Of a DNA stretch of 64,000 nt, positions 25,701 through 36,600 are shown in pieces (position 1 is the first letter of the stretch; the number at the start of each line of letters is the position of its first letter). Source of the DNA: Squalus acanthias (Eukaryota); NCBI GenBank assembly GCA_030390025.1, contig JASTWF010000109.1, positions 124,001 through 188,000 of the forward strand. Direction: 5' to 3'. The notes below the pieces were generated by a model, which was not told where the DNA came from, made no database searches, and saw only the letters and a program-made list of their open reading frames with translations. The translations under genes were made by a program, and so were the position numbers.

Positions 25701-25810
25701 GGTTTACATTTCGTGTTCGTGTGTGGCCCTCACATCAGTTCCCAGTGGCTGCGATGCTCCTAATTTAAATGTCCCCAATTCTGAAGGGATGGACAACACG
25801 GGAAACTGGG

Positions 25811-26035
25811 ATAAAATTAGAAAGTGCTGGAAATACTCAGCAGGACAGGGGGCATCTGTGCAGAGAGAAAAAGAGTCAACGTTTCAGGTCGATGACCCTT
25901 CATCAAAATGGGCTGGAGAAGCGTTATCGGCCTTAAACGGTGGCTCTGCTTCTCTCTGTACAGATGCTGCCGAACCTATTGAGTATTTCCAGCATTTTCT
26001 GTTTTTATCTCAGATTTCCACCATCGGCAGTATTT
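25811..26035. mobile_element. Small fold-back element, probably a Penelope-like terminal-repeat remnant
   Basis: Imperfect 59-bp inverted repeats 25811-25869 / 25950-26008 around a degenerate hammerhead-like core. Confidence 0.6.
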
Positions 26036-26343
26036 TGCTTTTGTTGGATTAACAAGGAGACCGAGATCTAAATGTGCTGCGTTTGTTTGTCGGAAATGGA
26101 AATTTTAAGATTCCCCCAGCGGGATGAAAGTTGCTGAAGTTACTCTGAGGAATCCTGTTATGAGAGAGCTTCACTCTGTCTCTAACTCGTGGTGTACCTG
26201 AGCTGGGAGCACTGGCTGTACAAACCATGGACCCAAGACCCACAAACACCCAACTTCAGATACACAGCCCGCCCCTGGGCAACAATGGGAAACGAAATTA
26301 TTTGAGCTGCTGTGTTTTTAACTCCGGATTCGAAGAAAAGCCC

Positions 26344-26359
26344 TTTATTGATATTTATT
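26344..26359 (-). terminator. Two poly(A) signals after CH4a
   Basis: AATAAA at 26359-26354 and 26349-26344. Confidence 0.7.
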
Positions 26360-26431
26360 TAAGAACTGAAATGCAATCGATATTTTCTCATTGACAAGAT
26401 TTGATGGAGTCCATCAGTACAAGGGAAATGT

Positions 26432-26778
26432 TCACAAACATTGTTTACCCATGGATTTATTGACCGTTCTGGTGATGATCTTCAAGGGAATCGCTTCATG
26501 TCCCACCACACAGGAGTAAGAAGCGCCGCTGGCCCACTCCTCCGCTGCAATGGATAACAGGCTGTAGATGAAGAAGGAACTGCTGCCGTTCTCCGCCATC
26601 ACCTCGGTGTTCTTGTAGTTGCTGGAATTCACCGGCTTGTCATTGACGGTCCACTTGACGAAGATCTCTCGGGGGGAGAATCCTCTCCCTAAGCAGGTGA
26701 GGGTGACGGATCTCTGAGCCGAGATTTCTTCTGTCGAGGGCAGGAGGACAGACACGGACGGTTGCCGCGGATGTTGAG
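26432..26778 (-). CDS. IGHM: IgM CH4 exon, copy a; intact Ig domain, frameshifted short tail (GKQCL*)
   Basis: ctgcag| [29 protein letters not shown]...[23 protein letters not shown]; internal donor G|GTAAA at 26449/26448; normal tail [15 protein letters not shown] still present out of frame to ~26388. Confidence 0.93.
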
Positions 26779-27254
26779 CTGCAGAACAATTACAAGAAAG
26801 GACAATAAACTGGAGAATTCCAGAGACAATGAAAGCGATGGTTTGATGTGAGAAAGTGAGCTTTCCGCTGAATTTTAAAGGATTTATTTAACCCCTCTGG
26901 ACCCTGTCCAGTCCAAGCCCGCAGCTGAGGGATATGCAAACCTTCTCTGAGAGCTTGAAGAGTTGAATTTACAGCACAGAAACAGGCCATTCGGCCCAAC
27001 AGCTCCACAGGAGACACCTCCCACCTTATTTATCTAACCCCAATAGCATATCCATCTATTCCTTTTTCCCTCATGAACTTATCTCGCTTCCCCATAAGTG
27101 CAAGAGCTCCGGTCCAAAAGTATTTAGTTAGTGGAATTACCAATCTGAATTATTAGAGTAGTCCATTACAGCTCATAATAGAAAGAATTGTTCCTTACAC
27201 AAACCTAGGAAATAGCCACAGTGTCTCACTTATTGCTACAATCTCACCGCTCAC

Positions 27255-27560
27255 CTGTTTCCTTGTGGATGGAAGCTCTTAAAGCAGTCGCCATATCCTG
27301 ATGGATCACCACGCAGGTGAACTCATCTCCACTCAGCCAGGCTTGTGTCGAGATTTTTAGGTTGCTGATCACGATGTTGGTATCCTCTCCGTGTTGAACA
27401 ATCTCTGATTTCAAAGTCTCCTTTCCTCGGGTCCAGGTCACGGTGACTCCATGAGGAGCATTAGACACGACGCAGGTTAAGTCCAGAGTCGCCTCCATTA
27501 AGACCTGTTCTAGTGACGGTTTGCGAAGAGTAATCATTGATTCGTTGTGTGAGGAACGAT
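27255..27560 (-). CDS. IGHM: IgM CH3 exon, copy a (intact)
   Basis: tttcacag| [30 protein letters not shown]...W...FTCVVIHQD...SIHKET G|gtgag; 306 nt, phase 1/1, C1-set Cys-Trp-Cys. Confidence 0.95.
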
Positions 27561-27719
27561 CTGTGAAACAGAAATGAAATCAAGCAAAGCTTCATGTTCA
27601 GATTCAGGACACCAGTATTCAGCCATTACTGTCTCAAGCAGAATAAAGCTCACTTGAGATATCAAACCTGTCGCTTTTGCTTGAACACCATCTCCGCTCC
27701 TTATAATGCCTCCGTTGAT

Positions 27720-28130
27720 ACCCTTGCCCCAAAAAAACTATCAATCTCACTTTTGATATTTTCAATTGACACCCATCTTCAACAGCTTTGTGGGAGAGAG
27801 AGAGTTCCAGATTCCCACAGCCCTTTGCACGAAGAAGTGGTTCCTCACCTCACCCCTGAACGGCCTTGCTCTAATTTTAAAATTATTCCCCCTTGTTCTG
27901 GACTCCCTCACCAGAGGAAATACTTTATCTCTATCTACCCACCAATTCCAAAAAATATTTTAATTAGTTCACCGTTTAATCTTCTATACTCAAAGCAATA
28001 CAAGCCTATTCAGTGCAACATGTACTCATATTGTAAACCTGTTTGCCCAATATCTTTCTTGTAAATCTGCACTGCACCCCTTCCAAGGACCACCCTGATG
28101 TGCAGAGCCCAGAATTGAACTCAGTTCTCT
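27720..28130 (-). mobile_element. Decayed CR1-type LINE fragment in the CH2-CH3 intron
   Basis: Resembles the reverse complement of the CR1 ORF2 C-terminus/3' UTR; its 3' end survives in copy b at ~23725-23940. Confidence 0.6.
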
Positions 28131-28334
28131 AAATAGGGTAGATGTCTTTTCTGGCAGTGGTTTCCTGGACAGTTATCAGTAAAGGCCTCCAGACACCTAC
28201 TGCCGCTCGGAATATGATCAGCCAGCTCAGGATACACCTGAGCCCAAGGCCATCTCACTCACTGTCTGATATCAGAGCCGAGGGAAACCTATGGCGATTT
28301 TATTAAATCCTGAACCGTGAGGAATCCTAATTCA

Positions 28335-28745
28335 GAAGAGGGTTGGTTGAAGTCCCACTCCAGATACTTGAACACAGAATGGAAGCTGACAGTCCCAATG
28401 CAGTACTGAAGGAGCGCTGCACTATCTTTCGGATGAGGTGTTAAACCGAGGATCCGTCTGCCCTCTCAATTGGACGGAAGAGATCCCATGGCACCATTTC
28501 AAAGAAGATCAGGGGAGTTCTCCCGGTGCCGTGGCAAATACTTACCCCTCAACAAATATCACTAAACAAAAAAATATCTGGTCATTCTCACAATGCTGTT
28601 TGTGGGAGCTTGCTGTACACAAAATGTCTGCCCCGTTCTGTATATTCCAACAGTGGACATATTTCAAACGTAATTCATTGGCTGTCAAGCGGTTTGGGAC
28701 AGTCTGAGGTCCCTACAGGCGCTGTAAAAAGGCAATTCTTTATTT
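28335..28745 (+). mobile_element. Deu-domain SINE (SacSINE1/AmnSINE1-like)
   Basis: ctttcggatgag..ttaaaccgagg..gatcccatggcac..aggggagttctcccggtg..ggcaaat matches the DeuSINE central domain as I recall it; a 3' fragment recurs at ~30745-30870. Confidence 0.7.
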
Positions 28746-29045
28746 TCTTTTACATCGGAAGGACACACAAACTGCCTGATTGTACATTAGAAATAGAGAT
28801 AACTCAGGATAAAGCTGAGACCAAGGACACCTCACTCCCTGTCTGACATTACAGCTGAGGGAATCCTTCTTTGCTGGCGAAGTGATGGAATCCTAAACCG
28901 TGAGGAATGCCACTTCCATCGGAAGGAAACACCAAACTGCTGGATTGTAAATTAGAAATTGTGCTGTGCTTTGGACTAATTCCAATAAAATTCTGATCAG
29001 ATCAGCACTAAGTGGTTTAGAACTCCCCGGGTCGGTGTCTCTTAC

Positions 29046-29366
29046 CCGGAGAGCTGGCGATGTCTTTGCCTTGGGTAACCCCTTCATGAGTGACCTGGCA
29101 GGTGAAGACCGAGCCGGTGAACCATTCGCCGGCGGGGACTTTCAGCAGACTGGTAGCCGAGAAGGTCCCGTTCACTTCACAGACGGGAGAGGTGACGAAG
29201 CCGGAATGCATGAGTTGTCCATTCTTCAGCCAATTCACGGTCAGTGACTCTGGACGGAAATCCATGATTGAACACACGACGGTTGCATATCTGCTGCTGG
29301 TGATTTGGTCCCTGGAACTCACCGTGAGGATAACAGTTGGATGGAGGATGTCACTTGTATGATCTT
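29046..29366 (-). CDS. IGHM: IgM CH2 exon
   Basis: cccaag| [15 protein letters not shown]...[23 protein letters not shown]...[14 protein letters not shown]...[16 protein letters not shown]...SP G|gtaag; 321 nt. Confidence 0.95.
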
Positions 29367-29489
29367 CTTGGGAAGACATGTTTGACATTAATTGCAAAAA
29401 AGAACGATTAGCAAATGCATGGAGTCCTTATCATCAAACAGGTCATTTACTGTCAGTCTCACAATAACCTGGCATTTCCAAGTACCAGA

Positions 29490-30085
29490 TATCTGCACCG
29501 TATTCTACGTGTGATATGACGATCAGAACTGTGCACAGTATTCTAAGTGTGATATGGAGACCAGGACTCTGCACAGTATTTTAAGTGTGATTTGTAGATC
29601 AGGACGGTGCAGCGTATTGCAAGTGTTATATGGAGAACAGGACTGTGCACAGGATTCTAAATCTAATGCGGTGACCAGGATTCTGCACAGTATTGTAAGT
29701 GTGATATGGAGTCCAGAACTCTGCACAGTATTCTAAGTGTGATATGGAGACCAGGACTCTGCAGAGTATTCTAAGTGTGATATGGAGACCAGTACTCTGC
29801 ACATTATTCTAATTTTGATATGGAGACAAGGACCCTGCACAGTATTCTCAGTGTGATATGGAGACCAGGACTTTGGACTCTATTCTAAGTGTGATATGGA
29901 GACCAGGACTCCGCACTGTATGCTCAGTGTGATATGGAGAACAGGACTCTGCACCGTATTTTCAGTGTGATTTGGAGACCATGACTCTGCACAGTATTCT
30001 ATGTGTGATATGGTGTCGAGGACAGTTCTCTATACTGTAAGTGTGAAGTGGAGACCTGAACTGTTCACAATACTCTATGTGTGGA
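29490..30085. repeat. 38-bp minisatellite (GTATTCTAAGTGTGATATGGAGACCAGGACTCTGCACA)n in the CH1-CH2 intron
   Basis: Direct periodicity, about 15 copies. Confidence 0.92.
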
Positions 30086-30161
30086 CTAACGAAGTTTCTA
30101 TACAAGTTGAACATATCTTCTCTGCTTTTCACAGTTTCCCCCAGTATCCCACAACACTAAC

Positions 30162-30461
30162 CTGGCATTGGGATGCTCCAGACCGAATCACTTCGTCGAA
30201 CCACGCAGTAGATTGTGCTGCTCCCCACCGCTGACTCGGTGATTGTTAACTGGCTGCTTAGGGTGTAGGTTCCCATCTTGTTGAGCACTGACGGGTAAGT
30301 CTTGAATCCTGTGGTGATCGGCTCTTCACCTTTCGTCCAGGAAACGCTGGTGATTTCGGGGTTGTAGTCCATCGCCAAACAGCCGAAATTGACGGAGCCG
30401 TCGGTGTTGGGTTGTCCACAGGAGGAGAGCAGGGCGTAGAGGTTGGGAGCAGACGGTGTCG
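30162..30461 (-). CDS. IGHM: IgM CH1 exon
   Basis: ttcccag| [17 protein letters not shown]...[17 protein letters not shown]...[10 protein letters not shown]...IYCVVRR...PMP G|gttag; 300 nt; light-chain-linking Cys present. Confidence 0.95.
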
Positions 30462-31359
30462 CTGGGAAAGAATGGCCAATTAGAGAAGTTAGAATCTGCA
30501 ATACGTGCCCATAAAACAACCAAACAAGCCGAAATTTGACTCCAGGAAAAACTCATTCCATCATCTGAGATTCTGTCAGTTCCATCAAACGCACCTGTCG
30601 ACCCCTGATCATGAACACACTTCTCTGTCCCCGAGCTCTATCACATTAAAAAAAAATAAGAACCTTTTCACCTCACCTCAATAAGGTATCTTTCATTGGA
30701 TCTTACAATAGAAGGGCAGAGACGTTTTCCTGCTATTTCGGCCAGCATTTATTTCTCAATCATCATCACTTCCGGTCATTTATTTCATTGCTGTTTTTGG
30801 AAATTTGCTCTGTGCCAATTGACTGCTGCTTTTCCCGACAAAACAACAGTGACTCTACCTCAAATGTAACAGCATAATCTATGCTTATAAAATTGGCAAA
30901 ACATAAGCTCAATACGGACAAATACAGAATTGAACAGGGAAGTTTTCCACGGTCTAGTTTCTAAGATTCAAGTTGTAGATGAATCGGGATTGAGTCGAAA
31001 CTATCGCTTTCCTTCTGAGTATTTGAGGAAGAGCGATGTACTTCAACCCCGTGATTTGTGCTCTGTCCCATTCTACTGAATGGATTTTTCATGAGATTCC
31101 TCCTCGCTCCCACTCAATTAATAATCCGAATAAAATATGATTCCAGAATCCGGTTAATGGAAGTGTCTCTTTAAATGGCCCATTTCATTTACCAAAGTAC
31201 CTGTCGACCTCCCACCACTGAGAACAGGCGCTGCTTTTTGGTCGTAACAGGCACCTCTTGTTGCTGATTGTATCGAGCATAATCTAAACATGGGGACAGG
31301 TTTTTTCCGTAAAAATCTAATATTGGCAATCCTTAAATATTATAAATCTTTGTGGGGGC

Positions 31360-32050
31360 AGAGAGTAGTGAAGAGCGGATATTTTACAAACTTTAGAGAA
31401 TGATGCAGTGGGGTCTCCCATGGATCGGTATGAGGACCATTGTTGTTCTTGTTATATAAAAATGACCTGTACTTGGGTATAGGGAGAACAATTTCGAAGT
31501 TCCTAGATGATTCCAAGCTTGGCAAAGTAGCAAATAGTGAGCAGGACAGCAGCAGACTTCAGGAGGACATAAACAGGCTAGTGAAATGTACAGGCACATG
31601 GCAGGTGCAATTTAATGCGGGTCAGTGTGAAGCGACGCACCTTGGGAGGAACAACATGGAGAGGCAGTATAATATAAATGGTACTATTCTGATGTGATGC
31701 AAGAACAGAAAAATCTGGATGTGCTTATGCATAAATGGTTGAACATGGCGGGTAAAGTTGATAAAGCTGTTATGAAAGCGTATGGGATACTTGACTTTGT
31801 AAATCGGGACAATTAATATTTTTTTAAAAGGGATGTTATGAGGGGAAATTGGCGTAATTTTTTCACACAGAGAGTTGCTAATTTCTGAATGCACCAGGCA
31901 GCTGGACGTGTAATTGAAGAGGACTCATTTGCAGGATTAGGAGGAAAAAGCTGGGCTGTTGGGTGAAATTGGACAGCTCTTTCAGAGCTGGCACAGGCAA
32001 GACGGGCCGAATGGCCTCTTTCTGTGCTGTAAGTTGCTCTGATTCTATTC
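31360..32050 (+). mobile_element. Decayed, internally deleted CR1-type LINE in the J-C intron
   Basis: LFLLYKNDL...KFLDDSKL (degenerate FADDTK) and CR1-like 3' UTR. Confidence 0.8.
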
Positions 32051-33289
32051 GATTCATTGGAAACAGTTCTTTCCGATTTAATGGACGTAAACGCTTCATA
32101 ATCTGAAGACTTCTATCAGATCTATTTTACTGTTTGTTATAATGAAAGAGGATATTTAAAGTAAATGGATCTGAGCAATCTGACGCAGATGAGGGACTCG
32201 GTTATATTCTAAAGCCTGAAAGTTCAGTGTGAATGACGACTCATTGCAGGCTGACAGTCAATCTTTAAATATTTCACAGAAGTGCAGCTCAGTGACTGTC
32301 TGACTTGTGTTGTGACCCAGTCCAATAACTGCAACTCGGCCGAATTTCTCCCATTTCAATAGAAAATTAAACGAAATTATGGTGTCAAACGTAAAGTTCC
32401 CATTATGGTTATCAGAACAGGCGCTGCCTTCGGAGCGTTCCAGTCACCTCCTGAAAATGTTTGTTCTGAAAGTGAGCTCAGGATCAGGCCAATCTCATTC
32501 AATAATTATCTGATACTCATAAATGGATAAACATTAACTATTGATTCAAATTTGGACAATTTTTCGAAAAAAATGTTAACATCAATGAATGTGCCTTGTT
32601 CAACCTGGGCAATGGACCAATTTATTGTTATATATCTGGCTCGAGCACTCGCAGGTTATTGGTTAGCTGCAGATTAAGGGTCCTTGACATTGCCTGACCA
32701 ACACTCTCAGGTCAGATACGGCACGGATAGGATAGAGTGTCGCTCGCTCTGCACTACCCTATTTGTCAGTTCAGGTATAGCAAGGGTTGGATGGAGAGTA
32801 ATGCTCCCTCAACACTGTCCTGTCAGATACTTCGTGTCAATTATAGTAAGAGATAGTTAACTTTTTAAACTGCCAGGTCAGATTCAAGACGAGTTAGATA
32901 GAGAATACAGCTCCCTATCCACCGCCCAGTCAAATATTCACGGCTCACATACAACAGAATATAGATACAGTGTAAACCTCCCTCTACACGACCCGCCCAA
33001 AGACTGTGCGGCCTGATGAAATTCGGTTTAGATCCACAGTAAAACTTGATCAATCCTGTACCATCAAACATTCTCAGCTCTAGCAAAGCACAGTCCGGAT
33101 ACAAAAAATGCACCCATAAAATGCGTTTTGAAATTGCCCAGGTTAGGGAAAGCACAATTATATACAAATTAAAGCTTCCCATACACTAATCCATTACAGC
33201 TTTCCTGTAGCACTGATTAGATAGAAGGTGAAACTGTATTGAAGTTGCCTATCAAATTCCACGTCCTTATAAATAAGAGGTTAGGTCTC

Positions 33290-33630
33290 CCTCTGCATTG
33301 CCCATCAAACACACTCAGAGCAGGTACAGTACGGGTTAAATACAGAGTAAAGCTCCCTCTACACTGTCCCATCAAACACTCACAGGGCAGCTACAGCACG
33401 GGTTAGATACAGAGTAAAGCTCCCTCTACACTGTCCCATCAAACACTCCCAGGGCAGGTACAGCACGGGTTAGATACAGAGTAAAGCTCCCTCTACACTG
33501 TCCCATGAAACACTCCCAGGGCAGGTACAACACGGGTTAAATAAAGTCCAAAGCTCCCTCTACACTGTCCCATCAAACACTCCCAGGGCAGGTACAACAC
33601 GGGTTAAATACAGAGTAAAGCATTACACTG
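33290..33630. repeat. 67-bp satellite, ~5 units, with degenerate units on both flanks (~32690-34220)
   Basis: ACAGAGTAAAGCTCCCTCTACACTGTCCCATCAAACACTCCCAGGGCAGGTACAGCACGGGTTAGAT units. Confidence 0.9.
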
Positions 33631-36600
33631 TCTATTTAAATTGTCAAAATAACTTCCAGGTTCCCAGCAGATTAGAACCGGCGCTGTTTTCTGGAGCGTT
33701 CCAGTCACTTCCTGAAACTGTTTGTTCTGAAAGTGAGCTCAGGATCAGGCCAATCTCATTCAATAATTATCTGATACTCAAAATGTTTAAAGATTATTAA
33801 TTCATTATAAGTTGGGCAGATTTTTTGAAAGTGGATTACACTCAATAAATGCGCGGTTATTTCAAAGGATAAATGGATCTATTGTTATATATCTGGCTCA
33901 AACACACTCATTAGTTAGATGCCGAAAAGATTCTTTCAATACTGTTGCAAGAAACACTCAGGTCAGATACAGGACAGATAAAATCAGGCACTGCAAAGGC
34001 AGATTTACTTTGTCACATAGCGTAAGGTTAGTTTGAATTCACGTTAAATATTTTCCTGCACGGCCCTGTCAGACACTCCGGGTCAAGGATAGCAAGGTTT
34101 GAATTCCGAGTAAAGTTCCATCTACACTGCCCTGTCAGAGATTCGGGTCTAGTATCACAAGGATTAGATTCCGAGTAAAGTTCCCTCTACACTGTCCCGT
34201 CAAACATACCCAGAGCAGATAGTTTCTCTGCAGTGTTTCTGTACTGCTCCATCTGAATGTCACAAATTGGGTCATTGTTTTCATTTCTGAGGCGTCTCCT
34301 CAACGTCACTGTTAACCGTTCAAGTTTACCACAAACACAAGTTTCTTAAATAATTGAGACAAATTACACTCCCTGAGATACAGGTGAACGAACCAAAAGG
34401 TTTACAACCAGTCAGGAGGATTCCTGATTATCACACTCTGCGCAGGCACACAGAAACAGAACAGACACAAATGATGCAACAATGCTGGTCCCGGCAGAGA
34501 GATCTGATCAATCTGTCAATTTCAATCAAGCTGTTTCATTTCTAACGTATTTTTGTGAATTTCAGACCACCTCAACTCTGCACGTTTTTTTGAAATTGAA
34601 CTAGCATTAATGTGAAAAACTCCTCAACATCCAACAATTTCTCCCTCTCTGTCGACAATCTTGCAAACCGTGTAAGATTTAATTTCCCTGAAAACAAGTA
34701 TCTGGAAATAATTCACATTCAAGGGTAATTGTCTGCCCGGAACACGGGACTCAGCGGCAGAGTAAGAATAAACAAACCAGGAGACATTGACTTTGAAAAC
34801 CGGTTACCCACTGATTTGATATAATTTCTGAATTAAATAAAACCTATAAAATCATGGAGGCAAAACACGAAGTTAATTCATTAAAATCTGCAGCGACACC
34901 TTATCGAGCTGAGCACAGCTGAGAATGAAATCTCTTCTTTCCTAAATTAATTTCAGATTTCATTAAAAATTCTCTCCAACCCTTGAGATTTTGCAGTAAA
35001 TGTAATCCTGGCCAATATACAACGCAATTGTGAGCGGTCATTTATGTTGAATTAATTAGCACTGATGTTATATTCTGAGTTAATCTTCATGTTAACTGAT
35101 GTTACACTGTATCATTGAAAATATTCTGTGAGCCTGTCTGGCCCTTCCTCCTCAGAACCACCCGCTCCTGGAACTGGTGTAATTAAATTAATTTGCTTGA
35201 ATTTCAGTCTGTTATTTGTCATCTCCAGCTGGTAGCTCATGAAATATTAGGGTATTAATTAAATTGGCACGATCATTCTTCAATATTTAAATACTAAACA
35301 TCATCTTAATACTTAACTAAAATCAGACAAAAATACATTTTTAGCGTAAATCCAATAATATTCCAATCATTAAAAATGATCAGGAACATTTAATACTGTC
35401 CAGCTCTCTACCTAAACTTTTTTAAACTCGTCATATTTCTGAACTCTGATATAATAAACTCCGTCTATTCTCAGATTACAGTTCACATTATGGAATTAGG
35501 AGTGGACTATTTCAAATAGTTCAATGTCCGGCCGGGGTCACATCTCTCTGAATACCAATGAGCTGAAACACCGCCGGTTTACTAAAGCTGGACTCTCAAG
35601 TTGAAATATTGTCCTCCATCTTAACCATAAAAAATAGGTTTATTCATTAAAAACCACTCGGGCAGTTTCTAGCCAGTATCAGATCCTCCGCTATTTAATA
35701 ACAAACAATATTTTATATTTTACTCCTGTTTTTCACATAATGCCCTTAAATTAATTATTAAATATAGTCTGCTATTTATTGAACATAATTTCCAGTATGA
35801 TCAATGTAAAACTAGGCGAGAACAATTCATTCGAACCATCTGCGGCACTGAAACTTAATGAACAAATGAAGGAGTGACATTGTTCATCAATTTAATATTA
35901 ATAGCTACCGGATATAATCTGTCCTTTGTCTATCGTTCTATCCCGTATACAGCAGAGCTATGAGAGACAGGATTTTTTTAAAAATTCAAGATAATATGAA
36001 CCTTTTGTAATTAAATTAATCTGTTTGACTGTCAAAGGATTATTTGCCTGTCTCCAGCCTTACGCACTCTGAACCTTCCTTGAATTAAATAGAATCACAT
36101 GAACAATTCTTTGACTGCCAGCGACATCAGTCTCTCAGCCTTTGAACTTGCTGATTAGTTTAATGGTAATGGTCTCGCTATCAAACAATCAATAATATTG
36201 AAGAATTAAGATGGTTCCGGTTGCACATTATGAAGTTAATAACTCGCCATGTATATTAAATTGACAAACTGCAATTTACAACACGGATTTAAGTTGTATT
36301 TAAATACAACTCGTCATTCATCTGTGTAAAACTGGAGGTTGCAAGTAATTAACACCCCTAATCAAAATGAGCACAGCGGTGGAATCAGTCTGCTGTTATT
36401 GAAATAATTGCAGGCATAATTGAAAAACTCTCTCCAGCCTCTACAATTTTCCACTCAAGTTAATTTTGCCCAAAGTACAGCAGAACTGTGGAAGGCGAAT
36501 AATGTTTAGTAAATTAATATAAATACTGTAGATAATTTCAGAAAATTTGGGAGATAATATCGCATTATTATCGTTGATTAATAATAATTTAATTTAACTG

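Noticed and set aside
29490-30085. CACAGTA heptamer-like words as cryptic RSS
   Set aside because: No nonamer at 12 or 22/23 spacing
21881-30461. Six C exons read as IgW or IgNAR
   Set aside because: The domains are mu CH1-CH4, and exons 5-6 are evident copies of 3-4 with their introns; V, tail and TM are IgM type
29490-33630. Intronic repeats as class-switch regions
   Set aside because: Not AGCT/GGGGT-dense; the 38-bp array lies after CH1; canonical switch regions are not known in cartilaginous fish
35026-35040. AATTGTGAGCGG resembling the lac operator (also TAACAATT in the 53-bp satellite)
   Set aside because: Partial match only, no vector context; chance
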